Source: an uncultured Gammaproteobacteria bacterium (lineage in GTDB: Bacteria > Patescibacteriota > Patescibacteriia > GWA2-47-26). From it: a DNA stretch of 64,000 bases. Positions 55,334 through 63,919 of this stretch are shown here, piece after piece. A program made the translations under genes and the position numbers. The notes under the pieces are model-generated. The model was not told the origin of the DNA and searched no databases. It saw nothing but the letters and a program-made list of their open reading frames with translations. Every line of letters begins with the position of its first letter. The stretch's first letter is position 1. Location of the stretch: contig CAZHIP010000003.1 of NCBI GenBank assembly GCA_964532925.1, positions 644 to 64,643 of the forward strand, written 5' to 3'.

Positions 55334-56239
55334 CTATAGTTTACAGCATTGCACGTTCGCAGCGCCAGGGCATAACCCGGTTTTGCAGGTGCTTTGTTGG
55401 ACGGGAGTCAGTGTAGTTTTGTCGGTGCATTGATAGGTGCCCTTGTCGTCATTTATTAGTGATGCATCTGGTGGCAGAGAATTGTAGCGGCAAATATCAA
55501 CACAGACGCCTTGTATAGGTGCGCGACCACCTATTGCAACGTCTGGCCCGTAATAACAGACCATGTTTGTTTCTTCGTTGTCGTTACAGTCTTGGCCTTG
55601 AATCCCATTGACTGGGCAATCCGGTGTTGCATCAGGGTCGACGACGATTTGACCAACACTATTCGTTCCTGTGCCAATGTCGGCACCGATTGATTTGGTG
55701 ACAAACGTGACAATAGCGCCAGCGCCAAAGGTAATCATGATGGCAATAATCGAATTGACCATGAGGCTTTTGCCTTGCTTTATCTTGCCGCTCTCCCCCG
55801 CCGAGAGAATAAAGTAATACAGCGCACCCCCAATAAATACCGCAAGGGCGACGCCGCCCGTAATACCAAAGATTAACCGCACGATATTAAGAACGGTGAC
55901 AAAAATATCGTCGACCGAGTAGTTGCACGGGATATCGGTTTTGATCCCGCCTTTTGTGATTGCTGCATCTGCTTTTGTGCAGGAGGTGTCAAAAGTGCCG
56001 TCTGCTTTTGGTCCACATCGATTGCACATGCCTTGAATGCACTGCATGTCGACTTTGTCGAGGGTATATTTGGGGGTTTCTCCGGTTGGAGTATTTTTGT
56101 GAGCAGTAGCGGTGAGGTATTGCGGGCATGTGCCTGTTGGCTCAGAAAGAATCGCTGCGTGGGCGCGGTGACCCGCGAACGTTGATGCAAAAAGCAATAC
56201 CGCAAAGATACCAGTTTGAATATGTCGACGAGAGATCAT
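55334..56239 (-). CDS. TrbC/VirB2-pilin-like membrane protein, paralogue 10, with Cys-rich extracellular N- and C-terminal domains
   Basis: ATG at 56239 overlaps SBP stop (ATGA); signal peptide MISRRHIQTGIFAVLLFASTFAGHRAHA; core FIGGALYYFILSAGESGKIKQGKSLMVNSIIAIMITF; 14 Cys in the C-terminal 110 aa. Confidence 0.5.
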   Translation of the reverse strand: MISRRHIQTGIFAVLLFASTFAGHRAHAAILSEPTGTCPQYLTATAHKNTPTGETPKYTLDKVDMQCIQGMCNRCGPKADGTFDTSCTKADAAITKGGIKTDIPCNYSVDDIFVTVLNIVRLIFGITGGVALAVFIGGALYYFILSAGESGKIKQGKSLMVNSIIAIMITFGAGAIVTFVTKSIGADIGTGTNSVGQIVVDPDATPDCPVNGIQGQDCNDNEETNMVCYYGPDVAIGGRAPIQGVCVDICRYNSLPPDASLINDDKGTYQCTDKTTLTPVQQSTCKTGLCPGAANVQCCKL

Positions 56240-57651
56240 CGTAGTGTCTGGGTTACTTTTGCAGCACCGAGGCGGAGAATGTCGCGGAGTTCGTGCTCCC
56301 CTTTTAATGCCTCGTCGATCATACTGGTCATGGCAGCTTCGGCGGCAGCGACGTTGGCACCGCGGTACCAACTTTTGGCAGTGAGAATTTCTGAAACAAA
56401 GACACCAACATCAGGATCTTCTGATCGCGGAGCAATGAGTGCGCGCAGTGCTGGTGGCTTGCGGGTGGCATCGAGATACAAGCTTGCCTGTTTAGGTGCT
56501 GCGGCGAAGTTCACAAAGTCCCAAGCGACATCAGGGTTTTTGCTTTTCTTTGAGACGGACTCAACAAAGTAGTTGGCAAAGTTTACCGCCGGATTTCCTT
56601 CAATTTGTGGCACCTTGGCGATCTCGAGGTTGAGTTTTGGTGCGCGGGCTTTGATGAGTGGTACGTGGTACGAGTAGCCAAGGAAAAACGCGGTTTTGTT
56701 GTTGGCAAATGCGTCGAGTGAGCCTGGCATGTCAGCGTTCCAGCTATAGCTTTCTTTGGCAGGGTTTGCAAAGTCGGTGTAGAACGTGAGTGCTTCTTCG
56801 CCAGGTGGAACATTGCGACGTGTGAGCGTTGAAGGTGTTTGGTCAAACAGTGCGCGCGAGTTGGTGCCATCAAGCATTTCAGCTCCATTTTGCATCATGA
56901 GAAGACCTAAGATGTCTGCAGCACGTTCGATGTTTTTGCTGGTACCAAGTGCGGCACCTGATTGCAGAATGGTGGTGCCAGCTCCTAGGCGGGTAATCTT
57001 TTTTGCGGCTTCACGGAATTCCGACCAGGTGCGGGGTACCTCGGGTACGCCAGAAAGATTTAAGAGGTCGCGGTTTACAAACAGTGCGAGTGTATCGATA
57101 CCAAGCGGCAGGCCGTAGACACCTTCGGCGGAGGTTGGATTGGTTGGGTCTTGGGGAGCAATCACATCTGCGGCAACGATGTCGGCAAACGTGTTTTTGA
57201 TATCACGAACGGTGGGTAGAGATGTGGTTTTGAGCACCGTAATAACCTCCTTTTTCAGTGTTCCTTGAGTGATTTGGTATGGCAACGTGACCTGTCGCGG
57301 CATGGGCAACAGCTTGGACTGAAAGCGACGGATTTCTGTGTTGTGGAGGGAGACGATGTCGGGCCCGCGGTCTTCGGCAAGTGCGTTTAAGAGCGCTGGT
57401 TCGTATTCTTCGTAGCGGAATTTGCGGTAGACAACAGTGACGTTGGGGTGCAGTGCGTTGTAGGCTTCGATGATGGGTCGTACAGTGTCTTCGCCATCAA
57501 ATACGCGCCACCAAGTTAGAGTGATTGGCTTTGATGCCCTTGTGACTTCAGCTGATTGTCCTTGGCAGCCAAAGCCAGTGCCAGCGAATACGAGGATTCC
57601 AATAGTAGTTATTGCGGCGATCCGGGAGGCGATGGCACGAAGGCGTAGCAT
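56236..57651 (-). CDS. ABC transporter extracellular solute-binding protein (family 1, sugar-type) lipoprotein
   Basis: Signal peptide with Cys (ILVFAGTGFGCQG), ITLTWWRVFDGEDTVRPIIEAYNALHPNVTVVY typical of SBP_bac_1 N-terminus; no cognate permease or ATPase genes adjacent. Confidence 0.7.
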   Translation of the reverse strand: MLRLRAIASRIAAITTIGILVFAGTGFGCQGQSAEVTRASKPITLTWWRVFDGEDTVRPIIEAYNALHPNVTVVYRKFRYEEYEPALLNALAEDRGPDIVSLHNTEIRRFQSKLLPMPRQVTLPYQITQGTLKKEVITVLKTTSLPTVRDIKNTFADIVAADVIAPQDPTNPTSAEGVYGLPLGIDTLALFVNRDLLNLSGVPEVPRTWSEFREAAKKITRLGAGTTILQSGAALGTSKNIERAADILGLLMMQNGAEMLDGTNSRALFDQTPSTLTRRNVPPGEEALTFYTDFANPAKESYSWNADMPGSLDAFANNKTAFFLGYSYHVPLIKARAPKLNLEIAKVPQIEGNPAVNFANYFVESVSKKSKNPDVAWDFVNFAAAPKQASLYLDATRKPPALRALIAPRSEDPDVGVFVSEILTAKSWYRGANVAAAEAAMTSMIDEALKGEHELRDILRLGAAKVTQTLR

Positions 57652-57656
57652 AGGGT

Positions 57657-58520
57657 TTATGGGAGACTGTGCAAGAATTTACTAAAGGGTTTTTTGAGTT
57701 CTTTGTGTTCAAGTGCCAAGGAAACATTTGCCTCGAGCCAGCCGAGTTTTGATCCAACGTCGAAGTATTGTCCTTCGAATCGGCGTGCGTAGACAGCGCG
57801 CTGTTTGCACAGAGTGGCAATGGCATCAGTAAGCCAGAGCTCTCCACCTTTCCCGAGTTTGGTATCTTTCAATATCCCGAAAATATCTGGGGTGAGAAGA
57901 TATCCACTGACAGAAGCTAAAAGTGACGGCGCTCGTTCGGGCCCTGGTTTTTCGACAATAGTAGAGACCTTGAATGTGTTGTGAGAAATCTCGGCGGCAT
58001 CGAGAATGCCATAGCGAGATGTCCCCTCTTTGTCGGTATCAATCGCGGTAAGAACTGGGTCACTGTACTTATTATACACCTCAATGAGCTGTGCGAGGTG
58101 TGGTTTCTTTTTTCCAAGGAATAAATCATCACCAAAAGCGACGATAAAAGGTTCGTTGCCAATAATTTTTTCGGCACACAACACCGGAGTACCGTTTCCG
58201 TATGGGCCTTTTTGGCGAACATAGATGAAGTTTGCCATGTCGGCGATACGCTTCATTTCTTCGCGCATTTCTTCTTTGCCTTGTTTGGTAAGCCAGCTTT
58301 CGAGTTCGTAGTTGTAGTCAAAGTGATCTTCGACCGCACGTTTTGCGGCGCCGGTGACGAGGATAATATCCTCAATCCCCGCTTTGACTGCTTCTTCGAC
58401 AATATATTGCACGACGGGTTTGTCGACCACGGTGAGCATTTCTTTTGGTTGGGCTTTGGTGGCAGGCAGGAACCGGGTGCCATAGCCAGCCACGGGAATC
58501 ACGAGTTTGCGAACCTTCAT
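57657..58520 (-). CDS. galU: UTP--glucose-1-phosphate uridylyltransferase
   Basis: KLVIPVAGYGTRFLPATKAQPKEMLTVVDKPVVQYIVEEAVKAGIEDIILVTG canonical GalU N-terminus; 287 aa. Confidence 0.9.
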   Translation of the reverse strand: MKVRKLVIPVAGYGTRFLPATKAQPKEMLTVVDKPVVQYIVEEAVKAGIEDIILVTGAAKRAVEDHFDYNYELESWLTKQGKEEMREEMKRIADMANFIYVRQKGPYGNGTPVLCAEKIIGNEPFIVAFGDDLFLGKKKPHLAQLIEVYNKYSDPVLTAIDTDKEGTSRYGILDAAEISHNTFKVSTIVEKPGPERAPSLLASVSGYLLTPDIFGILKDTKLGKGGELWLTDAIATLCKQRAVYARRFEGQYFDVGSKLGWLEANVSLALEHKELKKPFSKFLHSLP

Positions 58521-58593
58521 ATCAGAATAAGGTAGCCCTTCGACCAGCTCAGGGAATATTTATATTGTCTGAGCTGGTCGAAGATGTTCAATA

Positions 58594-59550
58594 TTAGTAC
58601 TTCGGTGTTGGTGTAGGGAGGTTTTGCTTGTAGATGTCGGGGTCGATAGTTCGGGTGAAGCACTGGCGGCCAATGGCATGTTCCCAATTATCGCCATATG
58701 GTGCGTAGGCAGGATACGGGCGTGTAGAACCATCGAGATTTGAGTTGCCGCTTTTTGAAGCAGTGGCGAACGTACCACACATTTCGAACGATAGCGGACT
58801 CTTGATTGAGTATTCGTACGCGGTACCCGTTTCTGGATCAATAGGTGCAGTAAATCCAGTGATATCGTCATGCAGTGCTTTGAGGTCGGCGGGCAGTTTG
58901 CTCTTTTGTGACCAGTAGCCAATGACCTGGCCTTGAATTGATGAAAGGTCGTTGACGCGGCGGTCGTCAAAACGAATAGCGCGTTGTTCTGACGGTGAAC
59001 CTGCAATAAAGACACCAGAAACAAGGCTTATGAGAAGCACGATGCCAGTGGCTATCGCCCAGATTCTCGGACTCATACTTGGTTTTCCTGAACGGTTGAG
59101 ATCCCAAAGGTAATAGCCAAAAACCGCACCAGCGACGAGGAGGACTGTGAGAACCTTGAGGCCGAATTGTGTTGAAAGATCGCCGCTGTAGAATGTGTAC
59201 ACCAGGCGTGCTAGTTCAACAATGATGGTAACCGCTGCAGCAAACAAGGTGAAATACATGAGCCATTTGCGAATGCGGAGGTCGTGGCGACTCGGAGTTT
59301 TGTTGAGGTCACGTTCGAGCATCCATGAAAGACCAAGGAATACCGGGAAGACAACAATCAGCGTCGAGGATGTCCAGCGTACGCCATCGAGTGGGCCCAT
59401 AATGCCATAGGAAAGCGCGTCGGGCAGTAAGATGTTTATGTATTGAAAGATAAGCGTGATAAAACTCACAATCGACATATAGAGCGTCGACATCATGAGC
59501 AGGTGCACAAAGACTTCTCGGGGGGTGGCGTATTCGTTTTTGTTTTCCAT
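58594..59550 (-). CDS. DUF5671-like polytopic membrane protein with C-terminal soluble domain
   Basis: Five N-terminal TM helices (MENKNEYATPREVFVHLLMMSTLYMSIVSFITLIF...) followed by about 130-aa domain; pattern matches DUF5671 family as I recall it. Confidence 0.45.
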   Translation of the reverse strand: MENKNEYATPREVFVHLLMMSTLYMSIVSFITLIFQYINILLPDALSYGIMGPLDGVRWTSSTLIVVFPVFLGLSWMLERDLNKTPSRHDLRIRKWLMYFTLFAAAVTIIVELARLVYTFYSGDLSTQFGLKVLTVLLVAGAVFGYYLWDLNRSGKPSMSPRIWAIATGIVLLISLVSGVFIAGSPSEQRAIRFDDRRVNDLSSIQGQVIGYWSQKSKLPADLKALHDDITGFTAPIDPETGTAYEYSIKSPLSFEMCGTFATASKSGNSNLDGSTRPYPAYAPYGDNWEHAIGRQCFTRTIDPDIYKQNLPTPTPKY

Positions 59551-59631
59551 AGAAGGAGGATTAAGAGGATTCGTTAGATACGGCCTATTACTCTTTAAAT
59601 TACCGTATTTTTGCTATCGGGGCAAGGTACG

Positions 59632-61047
59632 TTACCAGATGATTTTAGTGAGCTCGCGGGGGTAGCGAATAAGATGAATGCCGAATTGCGCCTTAAATTG
59701 AGAAAACCCTTTCCAGGCATGCGGATCTTTGGGTGCCCAGAAGGTGCCAAAGTTGAGGAAGCGGATGCCGCGGCGGATTTCGTGCTGAAACCACGCATCG
59801 ATAAGGCCAGTGCCGACCGATGTGTTTCGCGCGCGTTTGGCAATAAATGAAATGGTGTGGTTTGAGATATTCGCATCGGGTAAGTCGAGTACCGCGAGCC
59901 CGGCAATGAGTGAACCACTGGTATCGCGGGCACCAATCATGACAAATCTATCGCCGTGGTGTTTGGTGTTGTAGCGTAATATGCCAATGAAAGGATATTT
60001 TGTGATCCATAAATGACTTTCTTTGCGGTATGCAGCCATAAACTCATCGGGACTAACGGGTCCAATGGTGTAGGTTGATTCGCGTAATGATTTGCGGCGG
60101 TGTCGTTTTGCGTGTTCTGTCCAATCTTCCCAATAGGCGGCGGGATTTTTAATTTCCGCAAAACCGGTTTGCTTGATATACGGTTTTTGTTTTTTGCTCC
60201 AGCCTTTGGGGGTGTCGGTGCGCGCGAGCCGGTGCCAACTGACAAAACCAATCCCCTTTTGTTTTGTGGGTGTTGGCTCGATGTCGGTTGTGTAGGATTC
60301 AAAGTAAAATGGACCGCGGCGAACACGAGTGCCGAGTGCGCCGGGTGTGCCAATAATTTCTCCACTGGAGTTATGCTCAAGGTAGAGTCGTGATTGTTTT
60401 GGATGGAGGTATTCTTTTGGTAGTGGATCTCCGGCGGCGCCGCGACCATGGTGTTGGTAGAGCGCAAGATGGTTATAGCGATACCGCCAATAGTCATGGC
60501 GGCCAAGCACGCGATCAAACATGGCAAGCATTTCGGGTGAGTGAAATATGTTTACGAGCATTGAGCCTTCGGGAGCGAGAAGGCGCTGGATTGCATTCGC
60601 AAAAGCAGCATCAGTAAGTGCAGGCGCTACGTGTTCTCCGGTAAAGAGATCAACGATAATGAGGTCGTATGTGCCCGTAAGATTTGGTACCAGCTCTGTT
60701 GCATCGCCAATAGTAATGGTGAGTTTTTCATTGAACACAAAAAGTGTACAGCGTTTGGCAACCTCAAGCATTGCTTCATCCCACTCAATCGCATCGATCG
60801 TTGCGTCACGGAAATATTCTTGTAATAGCCCAACTACCCCGCCAGCACCAAGACCAAGCAGCAGTATCTTTTTGGCACGGAAGTTTTTAGGTAACCGTAA
60901 GAGTGCGCGTTGCCACATGGTGTTGGTGTAGGGAGTTGTTTCATCCCAGAGGTTCACGTGGACAGACCACTTGCCCCATGAGCGGGTTGCGGAAATGCTA
61001 GCGTTTTTTTCTGATGACACACTGAAGTGCTCGTACAACCAGCTCAT
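59632..61047 (-). CDS. Fusion protein: spermidine-synthase-like class I methyltransferase domain + FemAB/GNAT-fold acyltransferase-like domain
   Basis: N-half: ILLLGLGAGGVVGLL, DAIEWDEAMLEVAK, DLIIVDLF (PABS-like SAM fold); C-half: FVMIGARDTSGSLIAGLAVL...IRFLNFGTFWAPKDPHAWKGFSQFKAQFG resembling FemABX / lysyl-PG-synthase C-terminal acyl-transfer fold. Confidence 0.4.
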   Translation of the reverse strand: MSWLYEHFSVSSEKNASISATRSWGKWSVHVNLWDETTPYTNTMWQRALLRLPKNFRAKKILLLGLGAGGVVGLLQEYFRDATIDAIEWDEAMLEVAKRCTLFVFNEKLTITIGDATELVPNLTGTYDLIIVDLFTGEHVAPALTDAAFANAIQRLLAPEGSMLVNIFHSPEMLAMFDRVLGRHDYWRYRYNHLALYQHHGRGAAGDPLPKEYLHPKQSRLYLEHNSSGEIIGTPGALGTRVRRGPFYFESYTTDIEPTPTKQKGIGFVSWHRLARTDTPKGWSKKQKPYIKQTGFAEIKNPAAYWEDWTEHAKRHRRKSLRESTYTIGPVSPDEFMAAYRKESHLWITKYPFIGILRYNTKHHGDRFVMIGARDTSGSLIAGLAVLDLPDANISNHTISFIAKRARNTSVGTGLIDAWFQHEIRRGIRFLNFGTFWAPKDPHAWKGFSQFKAQFGIHLIRYPRELTKIIW

Positions 61048-61071
61048 ATGATGCCTTAGTATAACGTGCGA

Positions 61072-61644
61072 CTAGACTTTAGGGTAGCGGAAGCACGAGG
61101 TAAGGTGATCGTTCACCATGCCCGTTGCTTGCATGTGCGCATAGATGACAGTGGGGCCGAGAAATTTGAATCCGCGTTTTTTGAGATCTTTTGCCCAGGC
61201 TAGGGCTTCGTCGATGTATGGCTTGTAGTCGGTTTTTGCCTCGATGCGGTTTTTGATTGGCTTGTCCCCCACCCACGACCACATGTATTTGGAAAACGTA
61301 CCAAACTCTTTGCGTATCTCGATAAATCGTTTTGCGTTATTGATCGCGGCTAGGATCTTGAGTTTATTTCTGATAATCCCTGCATCGTTCATGAGCCGCG
61401 TAATGTCTTTGTCAGTGTATTGGGCAATTTTTGTATAGTCGAAGTGGTGAAATGCTTGTGCGAAATTTTTGCGGCGATGGAGAATGGTGCGCCACGAGAG
61501 TCCGGCCTGGAATGACTCAAGCACCAGGAATTCGTATATTTTTTTGTCGCTACGCACCGGAACACCCCATTCTTTGTCGTGATACCGCTCATATAACGTG
61601 TCCCCGGGCGTAACCCAGGGACAGCGGAGGAGGTCTGAAGGCAT
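61072..61644 (-). CDS. tag: DNA-3-methyladenine glycosylase I
   Basis: CPWVTPGDTLYERYHDKEWGVP, FEFLVLESFQAGLSWRTIL, C-terminal zinc-site HM....D..TSCFRY; 190 aa. Confidence 0.85.
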   Translation of the reverse strand: MPSDLLRCPWVTPGDTLYERYHDKEWGVPVRSDKKIYEFLVLESFQAGLSWRTILHRRKNFAQAFHHFDYTKIAQYTDKDITRLMNDAGIIRNKLKILAAINNAKRFIEIRKEFGTFSKYMWSWVGDKPIKNRIEAKTDYKPYIDEALAWAKDLKKRGFKFLGPTVIYAHMQATGMVNDHLTSCFRYPKV

Positions 61645-61649
61645 ATGTT

Positions 61650-62030
61650 TTAGCCGAGCTTTTTCTTGATCTCGCGCAATTCTTTGTGCACCGCTTTGAG
61701 TTCTTTGCGAAGATCTGAGAGAGAGGAAACTTCGAGCATTACTTCGTCTTCGGTTTTTTCGATAAGCTTTTTCTCGCGGCGGATACCTGCAAGAATGATG
61801 TTATCGCCGATAAAGAAGGAGACGAATAAACCACTCGAGAGCATAATCACAATACTTGCAACTAAACTCCAAGTGTTGGAGAGGTTGATTTCATCAGCAA
61901 GACCCCAGATACCTCGCCAAAAGATCACAATTGCAGTGCCTGCAATGAGGGCATAGAAAACAGGATAGTGGCTCAATGTACCACGGATCTTGTCTTCTAG
62001 TTTGTCGAACAAGCTAAAGATTTGGTTCAT
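61650..62030 (-). CDS. Hypothetical membrane protein (2 TM + C-terminal coiled-coil)
   Basis: 126-aa ORF; hydrophobic helices PVFYALIAGTAIVIFWRGIWGL and LVASIVIMLSSGLFVSFFIG. Confidence 0.45.
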   Translation of the reverse strand: MNQIFSLFDKLEDKIRGTLSHYPVFYALIAGTAIVIFWRGIWGLADEINLSNTWSLVASIVIMLSSGLFVSFFIGDNIILAGIRREKKLIEKTEDEVMLEVSSLSDLRKELKAVHKELREIKKKLG

Positions 62031-62031
62031 T

Positions 62032-62433
62032 CTATTTATCGATATTGATTTGTAGTGGATGGGTCATGGGGGTTGTGACGCGAATCGATGCAATAACCTG
62101 ATCCCAGTACTGCCAGGCGCTCCCCTCCCAGCGACGGAAATTGATCTGTTCGCCATCCGTTGAGATATGCATGTCGGGCGTTGGGCTTGGGTTCTGAGCA
62201 TCGATCTTTACTACGTAGCGTTGTCCTGCTCCTGCGTCCATGCGATATCCTGGCGGTAACTTGAATGCTACGCCGGCTTCTTCGAATGTTTGCCAGGTAC
62301 TTGGAATGGCAGGCTGGGTAATAATTGGTGCGATAGTTTGTACAGCGAGCGGCGTGCGCACGCGATCTATGGCGTACACCACGCCAGTGATAGCAAGAAT
62401 GACGGCGACGATAATCAGGATATTCTTTTTCAT
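62032..62433 (-). CDS. Hypothetical secreted/membrane-anchored protein
   Basis: Start at MKKNILIIVAVILAITGVVYA signal/anchor; 133 aa. Confidence 0.45.
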   Translation of the reverse strand: MKKNILIIVAVILAITGVVYAIDRVRTPLAVQTIAPIITQPAIPSTWQTFEEAGVAFKLPPGYRMDAGAGQRYVVKIDAQNPSPTPDMHISTDGEQINFRRWEGSAWQYWDQVIASIRVTTPMTHPLQINIDK

Positions 62434-62514
62434 AGAACAGAGTAAACGAGAATTAATCTCAACCGCTGTATGTATTATCACTCAAAAAAAACGCGCTGGC
62501 AATGAGCGCGTCTT

Positions 62515-62859
62515 CTAGTTGTTGTGTTGAAAACATTCACAGGGCTTATCGCGGAGCAGTTCTTTTTGCTGTGCGATGGTATCTATGAACGCGTCTTGCG
62601 TCATGCTCCCGGTCGCTAACGAGGGGTCGAGTGGTGAGTTATGTTGGTAGTCACGGCTTAGCATTTCTTCGACCAGTGCCTCGTGTCTTGCGTATAAGGC
62701 GCCGAGTTTCCCAACCCACCGCTTAGTCTCGGGATGGTTTGCATACCCACCTACTCCCCCGTGTTTGGTGAGGATATTCCAAAGGCCATGGAGTTCTCTG
62801 TGTTCGCCCAGCAAATGCTTGCGACACAAATGCTTGGGGTGAATGTCCCAGACGCGCAT
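62515..62859 (-). CDS. Pyrimidine-dimer DNA glycosylase (T4 endonuclease V / DenV-like)
   Basis: MRVWDIHPKHLCRKHLLGEHRELHGLWNIL parallels T4 endoV N-terminus ([29 protein letters not shown]) including the catalytic N-terminal region and the EYREL-type Glu. Confidence 0.65.
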   Translation of the reverse strand: MRVWDIHPKHLCRKHLLGEHRELHGLWNILTKHGGVGGYANHPETKRWVGKLGALYARHEALVEEMLSRDYQHNSPLDPSLATGSMTQDAFIDTIAQQKELLRDKPCECFQHNN

Positions 62860-62861
62860 GG

Positions 62862-63500
62862 TTATGAAAGCGTTTTTGTTGTTTCTTCTGCTTCCGGCGG
62901 ATGCCACTTGTGAAGCGGTTTGAAATCACCACCGACAATACCGGCATCAAGCATGGCGGTGAGCACCGCGCGCATGCATTGGTAGTCGGTGCGGAAATCG
63001 TGCGTACCAGCCATCCATGGAGTACTGCCATCTTCGGGGTCAGCATCGAGTGCCGACAAGATCTCTTCGGCGGCAAACCACTTAATCCCTTGGATTTCTT
63101 CTTTTTGTGGGGTCAGGTCTTCGAGTGCACCGTCATACACGGTAACAAAATCTCGAACCCAAATGCGTGGCTTTTCTTTTTTGCTGGTGCGCCACGGAAT
63201 GAGTTGGAATGGCTTCACGAGCAAGCCAATCTCCTCTTCAACCTCTTTGAGTGCGGAGATTTTGAATGACTCCCCTTGCCCAACGTGGCCGCCAAAATGG
63301 GTTGACCAGGCACCAGGGAAATGTTCTTTATCAAGGGATCGCTGGTGGCACAAAATTTGGCCGTGAGAATTCAAGACGTAGATATTGGTTGTGCGGCACC
63401 AGAGTTTTTTTGCGTATACTTCTGCGCGCGACAAATGCTCACCGGTTGGTTCGCCGGTAGCGGGATCGATGATTTGGAGTAGTTCTTGATGGGGTGACAT
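62862..63500 (-). CDS. NUDIX hydrolase
   Basis: NUDIX box GGHVGQGESFKISALKEVEEEIGL (GX5EX7REUXEEXGU pattern); 212 aa. Confidence 0.75.
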   Translation of the reverse strand: MSPHQELLQIIDPATGEPTGEHLSRAEVYAKKLWCRTTNIYVLNSHGQILCHQRSLDKEHFPGAWSTHFGGHVGQGESFKISALKEVEEEIGLLVKPFQLIPWRTSKKEKPRIWVRDFVTVYDGALEDLTPQKEEIQGIKWFAAEEILSALDADPEDGSTPWMAGTHDFRTDYQCMRAVLTAMLDAGIVGGDFKPLHKWHPPEAEETTKTLS

Positions 63501-63586
63501 AGTCGCAAAAGACTACCTGATTTTGGGCAAATTGTCAATGTTATTTGGGACCGAAGACCGCCTCCAGTTCTATTGCTGGGGTGTGG

Positions 63587-63919
63587 TTATGCGAGCTTTT
63601 TATATCCAAATCGACGCAATTCCAGTTCAATATCTTGATAGGATTTACCACACAGCAGTCCGCCAGCGATAAAGTCTTCTTCGGTGACATCTACCAGACA
63701 AAAGTCTGGCGGAGTAAATGATTCCATATCGCCTACCGATTCAAATTCGAAATCCACCAACACTAATCCAGCGAGATCTTCTTGGAATACATCGACTTCC
63801 GCTGTTTTGTTCTGGTGCGGATACAGGTATCTGGTTTTGTGGATGCGCTTCCCTTCTACTGTTGACGACAGCGCCTTGAATTCCTCTGCGCTCAAATGAA
63901 TAGTTTCTTCGTTATGCAT
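63587..63919 (-). CDS. CYTH-like (triphosphate tunnel) domain protein, possibly N-terminally truncated or frameshifted
   Basis: HKTRYLY...EVDVF...GLVLVDFEFE pattern typical of CYTH C-terminal strands; the N-terminal ExExK strand is missing and an ATG in another frame lies just upstream (63930-63990). Confidence 0.3.
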   Translation of the reverse strand: MHNEETIHLSAEEFKALSSTVEGKRIHKTRYLYPHQNKTAEVDVFQEDLAGLVLVDFEFESVGDMESFTPPDFCLVDVTEEDFIAGGLLCGKSYQDIELELRRFGYKKLA

